From NCBI GenBank assembly GCA_965203805.1, contig OZ241917.1:5120001-5184000 (forward strand): a stretch of DNA of 64,000 nt, given 5' to 3'. This document shows positions 1 through 9,500 of the stretch, one piece after another. Source of the stretch: Candidatus Latescibacterota bacterium. GTDB taxonomy: Bacteria; Latescibacterota; UBA2968; GCA-2709665. Positions within the stretch are counted from its first letter, which is position 1. Each line of letters opens with the position of its first letter. A program made the translations under genes and the position numbers. The notes below the pieces were generated by a model, which ran no database searches, was not told where the DNA came from, and saw nothing but the letters and a program-made list of their open reading frames with translations.

Positions 1-145
1 ATCGACCTTCAGGCAATCGGTCCGGAGGTCATTGTGGCGGTCCATTGCCCCGGAGGCACCTTTGCGGTGGATGCCTTCCGGGCCGCGCGAATTCGCTGAC
101 CGGTCCCGTCGCGACATTTTTCCCTTATCAGAATGGAGTCGCATA

Positions 146-2656
146 ATGATTCAGGTTCTGCGCGAGGAGCACCCCCGGCTGTATCGCCCTGCCGACGATC
201 CGCAGTACAAGTTCGAACCGCCGGAGGATGAAGGGCGAAAGCGAATTCTGGAAAACATGCTCGCGGATTGCGAGCTCTACTATCCCCAACGGCCGTGGAA
301 GCGGATTCCCGAGCGGCCCGACAGCCCTCATCCGTATCATCAACTGTATCTCACGTTCTATACAGGGATGCACGCCACCGCACTGATGGAGCACTATGCG
401 TTCGCGTGGCGGCTGACCGGGGATCCGCGCTGGCTGAAACGGGCGCGAGACTGGTTGCGGGCGGCGGCGGAGTGGGAACACAGCGACCGGGTTGAGCAGC
501 ATTTCTATACGGCGAACCGGTATATGCAGGCTTTTGCGCTGGCGCTGGACCTGCTCGATGAGGTGCTGCCGGACGAGGAGAAAGAACGGGCGACCGTGTG
601 CCTGGTCCGGTTGATGAATCGATGGTGGCCGGACGTGGAACGGTCCCGGTATTCGTCGGATGGGCGACACCACGCCGTGGTGGACAATGGGCACTTTGGC
701 GTGGCCGCGCTGCACCTGCTGGGAAAACACCCGGACGCGGAAGCCTGGGTGTCTGCCGTCGTGGACCGGTTTCGCAGCGGAGTCATGCCCCATGGGTGCG
801 GACGGGACGGCGAACCCGGGGACGGACCCTCGTTCTGGCCCTGGGAGAATCTATGGATGCTGCACTTTGCCGACGCGCTGAAAAACGTGACCGGCGAAGA
901 CCTCTACCGGGAGTTTCCGAAGCGGCTGGAACGCCCCCTGAAGTGGTTCCGGTATCACCTGGCGCCGCCTGAGGTCATCGAAGACAGGCTGTACTATCCC
1001 GAAAACGCGAACGTGATTTCCGGAAGCCAGCTCGACGCCTGTTCGGTCACCCTGCTCCGGCTGGCACAGGAGGCGGGCGACGCCGGACTGCGCGACGTCG
1101 CGCTGAGCGATCCAAGGCTCGGACGACTCTACCGGTTCGGCATGGGCGTGAAGGGGACGTCGGCCGAGTGTATGGTGGCCTATGGACCGTACACCTACAG
1201 CTATTGCGATCCTGCGTTCCGGTCGTCGCGGCGTACCGTTTCCTTGCCGCTCTCCAGGACGTTCCTCCGGGCGCACTACGGGGAAGTGGGCATGCTGCGG
1301 ACCGCGTGGGACCGGAACGCCGTCGTCGCCTGTGTTGCCGGATACAAGGGCGGGGGCGCGCACGGCTTCATGAACCTTCACGTGCAGTGGGCCGGATTTC
1401 CGGTGTTGAGGTCGATATCCGCCGAGGAGGCACAGCCCGTGGCCTGCGGGAGCCTTCCCGTGGTGGGCGGGCAGAACGAGATCGTCGCCTTTCTGAGGCG
1501 GCTGAATTCCGGGGCGGGGTTCGACCGGCTGCGGGTCAGGTCCATCCGAACGGACCATGAATACTGGCTGCTGAAGGGCGCGTCTCCCGTCCTGGTGACC
1601 GCCTTGAGACGCCGCCGCCGCGGAGTGAAGCGGATGCGCAGACGGAATGGAGGCTTCGTTCGATTGAACGGACGGGACTATCTGCAGTTCGAGCGCGAGG
1701 CGTACTTCAATCCCAGGGCCGGCGAATTGAGGATGCGTTTCCGGCTGAACGGCGAGGTGCCGAATGACGGTCCGAAGGTCCTGTTCAACACCGGGATCGG
1801 CGTCGGGCGGGTCATGGGAAGCCGGGTGAACAACTATTCGCTGGCGATTATGGACGGAAACGCGTTGACGTTTGTCATTCAGAGCCAGCGGAACACGTCG
1901 GTGGAGGTGGTGTCGCCGGTGACGATCGAACCCGACAGGTGGCACGACGTCTCGATTCGATGGGGCGGGTTCAACCGCAAGGCGGACCATCCGTTCATCG
2001 AGATCGAGGTGGACGGCCGGCGTGACCGGTGCGACGATCCCGCGGTCTTCGGGGAACTGGGGGTGGATTCGCAGAACCTGGAGTCGCGTACGGAACCGCG
2101 GACGTTCTATATCAAGTCGAATACGGTGCTGGCCTTCGGGGGCGCGGTGCAGATGCCGGGGACCGGGTTGAAATGCGACTTCGCCTCGGTGGATCTGAAA
2201 TGTCCCGGGCGCAGGCGGTTGCGTCCGGATTTCGAGACCGATATGGGGCCGGAAACCGGAAGCGGCGCGCTTGAATGGAAACTGAATCCGGTGGACCTGC
2301 GCGAAATCGATACCGACCGGGCGCGGTTCGGCGCGGGGGAGCGAACGATCGACGTGCTGCCGCTCTATGGTGACGACGTCCGTTTCGGAAGGGAAGAGGT
2401 CCCGTTCGCGCCCGCGGGCCTCGCGGCGGGAAGCCTGAAGAGCTTCGTCAAAGGCTCGCGGGGACCGAACACGCGCGTACGTCTGTCCACGCCCGACGAC
2501 GTCCTGGTTTTCGCCTTCACGGAGCACAATGCGAACACGCGGGTGACGCAGAACGAAGACGGATTCGAGTTTGAAGTCGGGACGGAACGGTACGCGTTCG
2601 ACGTGAACAGGACGGGGGAGGAGATTCTGACGCTGAAACCCGACGGGACGGCCTGA
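146..2656 (+). CDS. Heparinase II/III / DUF4962-like polysaccharide lyase family protein with LamG-like (ConA) domain
   Basis: Start moved to ATG 146 after GGAG. N-term EEHPRL, AFAWRLTGD..WL..A, DGEPGDG..FW pattern of alpha/alpha-toroid lyases; LRTAW in the HepII/III beta region; AGELRMRFR...WHDVSIRW...IEVDG LamG-like segment. No signal peptide seen. Confidence 0.6.
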   Translation: MIQVLREEHPRLYRPADDPQYKFEPPEDEGRKRILENMLADCELYYPQRPWKRIPERPDSPHPYHQLYLTFYTGMHATALMEHYAFAWRLTGDPRWLKRARDWLRAAAEWEHSDRVEQHFYTANRYMQAFALALDLLDEVLPDEEKERATVCLVRLMNRWWPDVERSRYSSDGRHHAVVDNGHFGVAALHLLGKHPDAEAWVSAVVDRFRSGVMPHGCGRDGEPGDGPSFWPWENLWMLHFADALKNVTGEDLYREFPKRLERPLKWFRYHLAPPEVIEDRLYYPENANVISGSQLDACSVTLLRLAQEAGDAGLRDVALSDPRLGRLYRFGMGVKGTSAECMVAYGPYTYSYCDPAFRSSRRTVSLPLSRTFLRAHYGEVGMLRTAWDRNAVVACVAGYKGGGAHGFMNLHVQWAGFPVLRSISAEEAQPVACGSLPVVGGQNEIVAFLRRLNSGAGFDRLRVRSIRTDHEYWLLKGASPVLVTALRRRRRGVKRMRRRNGGFVRLNGRDYLQFEREAYFNPRAGELRMRFRLNGEVPNDGPKVLFNTGIGVGRVMGSRVNNYSLAIMDGNALTFVIQSQRNTSVEVVSPVTIEPDRWHDVSIRWGGFNRKADHPFIEIEVDGRRDRCDDPAVFGELGVDSQNLESRTEPRTFYIKSNTVLAFGGAVQMPGTGLKCDFASVDLKCPGRRRLRPDFETDMGPETGSGALEWKLNPVDLREIDTDRARFGAGERTIDVLPLYGDDVRFGREEVPFAPAGLAAGSLKSFVKGSRGPNTRVRLSTPDDVLVFAFTEHNANTRVTQNEDGFEFEVGTERYAFDVNRTGEEILTLKPDGTA

Positions 2657-2758
2657 CGAAGGTGTCGACAGTCTGTTTTTGTTGGATTGAGAGCGGTATC
2701 GTACTTACGTGGCAGCGGCCCGCCTTCAGTGGCAACAGCGCTTACGAGATTCGCGAGA

Positions 2759-5700
2759 ATGGATTCAGGAATTCCCCATCGAGTTGCATCGATCGACCTC
2801 GAGGTCGACAGGCAGAACGGCCGCATCCGCGCATTCGCCGCCGTTCGCTCCGACCGGGATCAAACGCTGATCTTCAACCGCGGGAATCTCGCAACGGCTT
2901 TGCGGGATCTCGACGATTTCGTCAACGGCGTCGACTTCCTGCTCGGCCATAACCTGATCGGCTTCGACCTGCCGCATCTGGCCGCGGCGAAATCAAGCCT
3001 CCGACTGCTGAGGCTGCCCGCGGTGGATACGTTGAAGCTGAACCCCCTCGCGTTTCCCCGGAACCCCTATCACCACCTCGTCAAGCACTATCAGGACCCG
3101 CAGCTCAAACAGGGGCGGTTGAACGACCCGGAACTGGACGCGCGCCTCGCGCTGGAACTCTTCCGCGACCAGTGTGACGCGTTGGAAGCCGTCGGCGGGG
3201 ACAACCCGGAACTGCTCCTCGCGTGGCATTGGCTCGCCACGGCATCGGGTGACAGGGCGAAATCCGACGCCTTTTCGGAGAACGAAAGGATCGGCTGCAG
3301 CGGGTTTTTCCGTGCCTTGCGCCGGTCTCATCGACCGTCAGGCATCGAGGCCCGTACCGCCATTCGCGGCCTGCTGAAAGGCAATGCCTGTGAGAATCAC
3401 GGTCAGGACGTGGAACAGAATATCGACCACGGCGACTGGCCCCTGGCCTATGCCCTCGCGTGGCTGTCGGTGGCTGGCGGAAACTCGGTGATGCCTCCAT
3501 GGGTTCGGCATCAGTTCCCTGAAGCGGGGCGGTTCGTCCGCCGGTTGAGGGACAAGCCCTGCGGTCGGCCGGACTGCGAATGGTGCGGCGAGCGGCACGA
3601 TCCACGCAAGGAACTCAATCGCTGGTTTGGCTTTGACCACTTCATACCGGAACCGGCGGGCGCGGACGGTCGACCGATGCAGCAGTCCATCTGCGAGGCC
3701 GCGATGGCCGGTGACCATGTACTTGGAATCCTGCCGACCGGTACCGGCAAGTCGCTGTGTTACCAGATTCCCGCTCTGTCTCGCTATGACAAGATTGGCG
3801 CGCTGACCGTGGTGATTTCGCCGCTTGTCGCGCTCATGGCGGACCAGGTCGCCGGTCTCGAGGCGCGTGGAATCACTTCCTGTGTGGCGATCAACGGGCT
3901 GCTTTCGATGCCCGAACGCGCCGACGCCCTGGACCGGGTGCGACTCGGGGACGCGGCGATTGTGCTCGTTTCCCCCGAGCAACTCCGCAGTCAATCCTTC
4001 CGTCGCGTCCTGGACCAGCGCGAAATCGGCGCCTGGGTGCTGGACGAAGCCCATTGTCTCTCGCGATGGGGCCACGACTTCCGTTCCGATTACCGCTATA
4101 TAGGACGGTTCATCCGTGAGAAGGCCGGACAGGAGCCGGTCCCTCCGGTGATATGCCTGACGGCGACCGCAAAGCCCGACGTCGTTGCGGACATCAGGCA
4201 GCATTTCCAGGCTGAATTGGGGATTCAGTTAAGGGTGTTCGACGGCGGGGCCCAGCGCACGAATCTGGATTTCGTTGTCGTACAGACAACCGAACCGGAG
4301 AAATTCGCCCACGTCCACCAGATACTGATGGCGGACCTTCCGCAGCATACGCCCGGAGGAGCGATCGTCTATTGCGCGACGCGGCAGCAGACGGAAGAGG
4401 CGGCGCAGTTCCTGCAGCTTAAGGAAGTCGAGGCCGAGCATTTTCACGCGGGGTTGTCCCCTGAAACGAAGAAGGACGTGCAGCAGCGATTCATCGGCGG
4501 CGAGTTGCGGGTGATCACGGCCACCAATGCCTTCGGCATGGGCATCGACAAACCGGACGTGCGCCTGGTGATCCACGCCGACATTCCCGGATCGCTGGAG
4601 AACTACATGCAGGAGGCCGGCCGCGCCGGTCGGGACCGGAAGACCGCGCGATGTGTTCTGCTATATACCGCGGACGACGTGGAACGGCAGTTCGGCATGT
4701 CGGCGCGTTCGCGACTGACCCGGCGGGAGATCCACGGCGTCCTGAGGGCGCTCCGCAATCTGGATCGGAAGAAGCGCCTCGGCGGCGAGGTTGTCGCGAC
4801 CTCAGGTGAGATCCTTGGTGAAGACGACGAGATGGTCTTCGAACGGGACTACGCCACGGACGATACCCGCGTGCGGACCGCCGTCTCCTGGCTTGAAGAA
4901 TCCGTATTGTTGTCCCGGGAGGAGAACCGGGTACAGATATTTCCCTCGTCTCTGAGGGTGTATTCGGTGGAGGAAGCGAGTGCCAGACTGAAACGAAGAA
5001 AAGTCATTGACGAATATCGAAGGCAGTTGCTGAGAATCGTCGAAGCGCTCATCGATGCGGACCCTGACGACGGTATTTCCACAGACGAATTGATGTGTGT
5101 CTCCGGGCTGAGTCCCGAGGGTGTACGCGGCGCAATGTTCGACCTCGAGCGTCTGGGCATCGCCACGAACGATACGGCATTGACCGCCTTCGTCCATGTG
5201 GGAGTACCCAATCACTCACGCAAGCGCTTCGAGACGGCCCAGGAAATGGAAATCGCCTTAATCGCACAATTGCGCGAGACCGCCCCTGATATGAGCAAGG
5301 GTGACCGGTGGCCACTGTACTTGCGCCTTGCCTCTCAAAAGCTGCGAGACGAGGACGTGGTCGATCCCCTGCCCGAGAAATTATGGCGCATACTGCGCAG
5401 TATCGCCAGTGACGGACGCGGTGAAGGGGGCGATGCCGGCAGTCTGGGTTTACGACGGCGAGACCCCGAAACCGTGCACGTTGAATTGCGACGAGAGTGG
5501 TCGGACCTTGAGGAACTCGCGTCGCGCCGGCGAGAGGGCGCGACGCGCCTGCTGGATCATTTGCTGGCCAGTCTGCCGCCCGGGAGCCGCGGCACCGACC
5601 TGCTCGCGGAGACCACCCTCGGCAAGCTATTGGATGCCATCACTTCCGACATCGTATTGAAGAGCAGAATCAGGAACCCCGAGAAGCTATTGGACCGGGC

Positions 5701-8032
5701 CCTCCTGTGGCTGCACGAGCAGGAGGTCATACGACTCCACAAGGGCCTCGCGGTATTCCGTCAGGCGATGACCATCCAATTGACGGATGAAAAGCGAGGC
5801 TTTGCCAATCCCGACTTCGAACCGCTGCGGCTCCATTACAAGGGCCAGGCAACGCAGATCCATGTCATGGCCGAATTCGCGCAGCGCGGGCTTGAGAATA
5901 TGGCCGACGCGTTGCGAATGGCACTCGACTACTTCAGTCTGAAGCAGGAGGATTTCCTTCGGCGGTGGCTGCCGGACAGGGGCAAAGAGATCGAGCGTGA
6001 GACCACGCCCGAATCCTGGCGGGCAATCGTCGAGAGCCTGAAGAATCCCGTCCAGCAGCGCATCGTCGCGGATGATCGCGAGCAGGTGAACGTGCTGGTG
6101 CTGGCAGGACCGGGCTCCGGTAAGACACGGGTGCTGGTACATCGCATCGCCTATCTCGTCCGCGCAAGACGGGAAAACCCTCGCGGCATTCTGGCGCTGG
6201 CCTACAACCGGCACGCGGCGGTCGAGATCCGGAAACGCCTGAATGAATTGATCGGTAACGACGCCCGGGGGGTGACGGTGTTGACCTGTCACGCCCTGGC
6301 GATGCGTCTTACCGGGGTGAGTTTTCAGGAGCGGGAACGGCGGCCGCTGGACGACGAGGCATTTCGGGAGGTGCTGCGCCAGGCGGTGAAACTGCTGCGC
6401 GGCGAAGGTCTGGAGCCCGAGGAAGCGGACGAGCAGCGGGAGCGGCTGCTCAGGGGATTCCGCTGGATCCTGGTGGACGAATACCAGGATATCGGCGCGG
6501 AACAGTATGAACTGATATCGGCACTGGCCGGACGGACCCTGGAAGACGAGGATCGAAAACTCACCCTGTTCGCGGTAGGCGACGACGATCAGAACATCTA
6601 CGCATTCAGCGGCGCATCCGTGGCATTCATCCGACGATTCGAAGCGGATTACGGGCCGACGCCCAGCTACCTCACCGACAATTACCGTTCTACCGGCAAC
6701 ATCATCACAGCAGCGAACGAACTGATTAAACCTGCCGGACAACGGTTGAAGACAGAACACCCCATCCGCATCGACCGGGCGCGCAGGAAGAATCCGCCGG
6801 GCGGCGACTGGAACAGTTTGGACCCTGTCGCCGGTGGCCGCGTCCAGGTGTTGCCGTGTGTGCGAGATCCGATCTCGCAGGCGCAGGTTGCGATGACGGA
6901 ATTGCAGCGGCTCGCCGGACTGTCTATGGACTGGGATTGGTCCAACTGCGCGGTGATCGCGCGCGAGTGGAAATACCTGGATCCCGTACGTGCGTTCTGT
7001 GAATTCAGCGAGATTCCGGCGCAGTTGGCAAACGAGGGAATCCCGAGCTTCTGGCACCTGCGGGAGACCCGCACCCTTGTAGAATGGCTGCGCGGAAGGG
7101 ATACCCGTCTTGTGGATGGTGCGGGCATACGTGAATGGTTGGATGCGCAGCCGAACGGTACCTGGACCGATCTGCTCTGGCAGGCCCTTGAAGAGCACGC
7201 CTTGGAAACCGGCGGCGCGGAAGTGCCGGTGGACCACTTCATCGAGTGGATGGCGGAGTGGGGGCGCGACGTTCGCCGCCGCCAGCGCGGGTTATTACTG
7301 TCGACCGCACACCGCGCCAAGGGGCTGGAGTTCGATCACATCGTGGTGCTGGACGGCGGCTGGAGCAAAGTCGGCACGGGCGAAGACCTCGACGCGCCGC
7401 GCAGGCTTTACTACGTGGCCATGACACGCGCGAAACAGACGCTCGCGCTCGTGCGTTTCCAGGAATCGCGGCGCGCAGATGGCCCCTCGCCGTCCGGACT
7501 CGTCAGGGAGCCCGCGGCGCCGGCGTACGGAGAGCGACTCCACTCGTTGCCCTACAGGTTTCCCGACAACGGATCAATCCTGCACCGCGAGCCCGTGGCG
7601 GTCCCGGGTTACAAAAACGAACTCAGCCGCCAATATCGGCGGCCAACGTTGCGCGAGGTCGATCTGGGATTTTCGGGGCGACGAACCGCCAGTCACCCGG
7701 TGCATCACGCGATCGCCGCGCTGTCAACCGGACATTCGCTCAAGACGAGAATCAACGATAACGGACGTTGGGAAATTCTGAACGGGTCGGAGACGGTGGT
7801 AGGACGACTTGCTGAGGTGTTTGAGCCTCCGCCTGGGATGCAATGCACATCCGCAACAGTCTACGCGGTCGTGTCCTGGAGCCGCGAGGCGACGGACCCG
7901 GACTACCAGAAGCTTGCAAAATGCGATACCTGGGAGGTCGTGGTGCCGGAACTGGTCTTCGAGCCGGTTAACGGCCAAAGGGATTGCGCGTCTTCAGTTC
8001 CGGGAACAACGAGAAATCACGATCCCGTGTGA
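2759..8032 (+). CDS. Multidomain DNA helicase: DEDD 3'-5' exonuclease-like + RecQ (SF2) + UvrD (SF1)
   Basis: SIDLE/GHNLIGFD exonuclease motifs; LPTGTGKSLCYQ, DEAHCLSRWGHDFR, QEAGRAGRD (RecQ); LAGPGSGKT, DEYQD, VGDDDQNIY, NYRS, HRAKGLEF, YVAMTRA (UvrD). Start uncertain (2687 or 2759). Confidence 0.9.
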   Translation: MDSGIPHRVASIDLEVDRQNGRIRAFAAVRSDRDQTLIFNRGNLATALRDLDDFVNGVDFLLGHNLIGFDLPHLAAAKSSLRLLRLPAVDTLKLNPLAFPRNPYHHLVKHYQDPQLKQGRLNDPELDARLALELFRDQCDALEAVGGDNPELLLAWHWLATASGDRAKSDAFSENERIGCSGFFRALRRSHRPSGIEARTAIRGLLKGNACENHGQDVEQNIDHGDWPLAYALAWLSVAGGNSVMPPWVRHQFPEAGRFVRRLRDKPCGRPDCEWCGERHDPRKELNRWFGFDHFIPEPAGADGRPMQQSICEAAMAGDHVLGILPTGTGKSLCYQIPALSRYDKIGALTVVISPLVALMADQVAGLEARGITSCVAINGLLSMPERADALDRVRLGDAAIVLVSPEQLRSQSFRRVLDQREIGAWVLDEAHCLSRWGHDFRSDYRYIGRFIREKAGQEPVPPVICLTATAKPDVVADIRQHFQAELGIQLRVFDGGAQRTNLDFVVVQTTEPEKFAHVHQILMADLPQHTPGGAIVYCATRQQTEEAAQFLQLKEVEAEHFHAGLSPETKKDVQQRFIGGELRVITATNAFGMGIDKPDVRLVIHADIPGSLENYMQEAGRAGRDRKTARCVLLYTADDVERQFGMSARSRLTRREIHGVLRALRNLDRKKRLGGEVVATSGEILGEDDEMVFERDYATDDTRVRTAVSWLEESVLLSREENRVQIFPSSLRVYSVEEASARLKRRKVIDEYRRQLLRIVEALIDADPDDGISTDELMCVSGLSPEGVRGAMFDLERLGIATNDTALTAFVHVGVPNHSRKRFETAQEMEIALIAQLRETAPDMSKGDRWPLYLRLASQKLRDEDVVDPLPEKLWRILRSIASDGRGEGGDAGSLGLRRRDPETVHVELRREWSDLEELASRRREGATRLLDHLLASLPPGSRGTDLLAETTLGKLLDAITSDIVLKSRIRNPEKLLDRALLWLHEQEVIRLHKGLAVFRQAMTIQLTDEKRGFANPDFEPLRLHYKGQATQIHVMAEFAQRGLENMADALRMALDYFSLKQEDFLRRWLPDRGKEIERETTPESWRAIVESLKNPVQQRIVADDREQVNVLVLAGPGSGKTRVLVHRIAYLVRARRENPRGILALAYNRHAAVEIRKRLNELIGNDARGVTVLTCHALAMRLTGVSFQERERRPLDDEAFREVLRQAVKLLRGEGLEPEEADEQRERLLRGFRWILVDEYQDIGAEQYELISALAGRTLEDEDRKLTLFAVGDDDQNIYAFSGASVAFIRRFEADYGPTPSYLTDNYRSTGNIITAANELIKPAGQRLKTEHPIRIDRARRKNPPGGDWNSLDPVAGGRVQVLPCVRDPISQAQVAMTELQRLAGLSMDWDWSNCAVIAREWKYLDPVRAFCEFSEIPAQLANEGIPSFWHLRETRTLVEWLRGRDTRLVDGAGIREWLDAQPNGTWTDLLWQALEEHALETGGAEVPVDHFIEWMAEWGRDVRRRQRGLLLSTAHRAKGLEFDHIVVLDGGWSKVGTGEDLDAPRRLYYVAMTRAKQTLALVRFQESRRADGPSPSGLVREPAAPAYGERLHSLPYRFPDNGSILHREPVAVPGYKNELSRQYRRPTLREVDLGFSGRRTASHPVHHAIAALSTGHSLKTRINDNGRWEILNGSETVVGRLAEVFEPPPGMQCTSATVYAVVSWSREATDPDYQKLAKCDTWEVVVPELVFEPVNGQRDCASSVPGTTRNHDPV

Positions 8033-8405
8033 GTAGCGTGTCCACGCCGTGGACAAGGCAAATCGCAACCACCCGGGCGTCGTGTACGACTGCGCCGCGC
8101 ACCCGTGGTCGCTGCACCAGACTGCCCAGCACGGTCGAGAAACCGCTTGTCTCACCAAGCAGTCGATTGCTCGGAGATAAGATCCATGCTTCAAGTTGCC
8201 GCCATGCGTTTTTTGGTGACGTGGCCGATTCACTCCAGAACCTCCGGTTCGTAACAACGCTGAGGAATTCATAACAGCAGGGCCAGGGTATCGCCCATAT
8301 TCGCTCTCCTTCGCTGAGTTCCCTCAGTACGGCAGATGCCGTTTCATATTCACGCGATTCCTTGCGGTGCGCGTAGACAAGCAGATTCGTATCAACGGCA
8401 ATCAC
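7968..8405 (-). CDS. vapC: VapC-family PIN ribonuclease toxin
   Basis: GTG start, IAVDTNLLVYA...YEFL...VHDARVVA...LLTRDRDF PIN acidic motifs; overlaps the antitoxin stop (GTGA). Confidence 0.9.
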   Translation of the reverse strand: MIAVDTNLLVYAHRKESREYETASAVLRELSEGERIWAIPWPCCYEFLSVVTNRRFWSESATSPKNAWRQLEAWILSPSNRLLGETSGFSTVLGSLVQRPRVRGAVVHDARVVAICLVHGVDTLLTRDRDFSLFPELKTRNPFGR

Positions 8406-8650
8406 CTGGTATCCACATCTCCGTATATGATATCGCGCAGATCCTGCCACGAGTAGGATTCTAACGGATCGGAGGAACTCGGATTGCCCGTACTTAAATC
8501 AGGAAGCCGGTATTGAGTTCGATGCTTCGGTCCTGCGAGTACCTCTCTCAATCCCTCTTCTACCACAGCGCGTAATGTCCGCCCCGACTTCCTCGCGTAC
8601 AGTTTTGCTCTCGCCAGCAGTTCGTCTTGAATATCAATCGTTGTTTTCAT
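8402..8650 (-). CDS. vapB: VapB-family (RHH, DUF2191-like) antitoxin
   Basis: MKTTIDIQDELLARAK...TLRAVVEEGLR, directly upstream of the PIN toxin. Confidence 0.85.
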   Translation of the reverse strand: MKTTIDIQDELLARAKLYARKSGRTLRAVVEEGLREVLAGPKHRTQYRLPDLSTGNPSSSDPLESYSWQDLRDIIYGDVDTR

Positions 8651-8657
8651 AGTTCCC

Positions 8658-8686
8658 ATATTAGCCATATAATACGATACAGTCAA
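8658..8686 (-). promoter_or_regulatory. Putative sigma70 promoter of vapBC with ATATGG direct repeats (possible operator)
   Basis: Minus strand TTGACT-17bp-TAATAT; ATATGG occurs twice across the -10 region. Confidence 0.55.
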
Positions 8687-8961
8687 GCAATAAAAGCAGA
8701 AATTCGGTCGAAACCACCTACGTCCACTGTTACGAAACCACCTGCCGAAAGATGCGATTCGATGATCGTCTCGCCGCGCCGCTGTGAACTCACTGTTCAG
8801 CAGAAACGCCGCACCCTTCGCGGCATTCGCCCGTCATCGTTCAATCCTGCTTTTACAGGTCCGTCGTCAAAACCAAAAATATCAATGACCTATGTAGACA
8901 GATTCGAGCCAGACTTCGCTTTTTCTGGTATCCAGGAGAAATCGGGACACGATCGGTGTGT

Positions 8962-9378
8962 TCAATCGAGTTGAGCGAGTAGAACATCGATCGGTTCATC
9001 GCCTGGCCAGGCCCCGGCAAGCTGAATCGGGTCGAACTCTTCCGCTTCCTTTCGAATTACACAAAGCAGGTCCTGCGAATCCTCTACGTCGATCGTTGGC
9101 ATTTCTTCGAAGACGCCATCTCCTCTTTGACGAATACTGATTCGGCGAGCTTCGATAAATCGTGGTTTCCCATTATCCGTGAAGTGCACAATACCCTCGA
9201 CAGTCGTGTGTTTTCCCCACAAGGGACCCAACGCCTTCGCATCCATTGACATCGGGTCTACACGTCCGAACAGTGCTGCGCTCTGTCCCACCACAAGGCG
9301 AAAACGGCCATTGCCCTGTTCGTTCTCCTCAAGCCTACCACAAACGATAAACGCTCTTGGTTCTGCGATGTCACTCAT
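8962..9378 (-). CDS. Hypothetical protein, possibly an N-terminally truncated beta-rich (OB-like) domain
   Basis: 138-aa ORF after a GGAG RBS, ending AWPGDEPIDVLLAQLD; no clear family. Confidence 0.5.
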   Translation of the reverse strand: MSDIAEPRAFIVCGRLEENEQGNGRFRLVVGQSAALFGRVDPMSMDAKALGPLWGKHTTVEGIVHFTDNGKPRFIEARRISIRQRGDGVFEEMPTIDVEDSQDLLCVIRKEAEEFDPIQLAGAWPGDEPIDVLLAQLD

Positions 9379-9500
9379 CGGACTATCTCCGTGAAGACGT
9401 CACGTGGAGGTCACTTGATCCGACAATTCTTATCCCGGCAGGGGAAGTTAAGCAGAAAGAGCAGCGTTCAGCTGTCCATTTATCTCCGATGTGATGGAGA

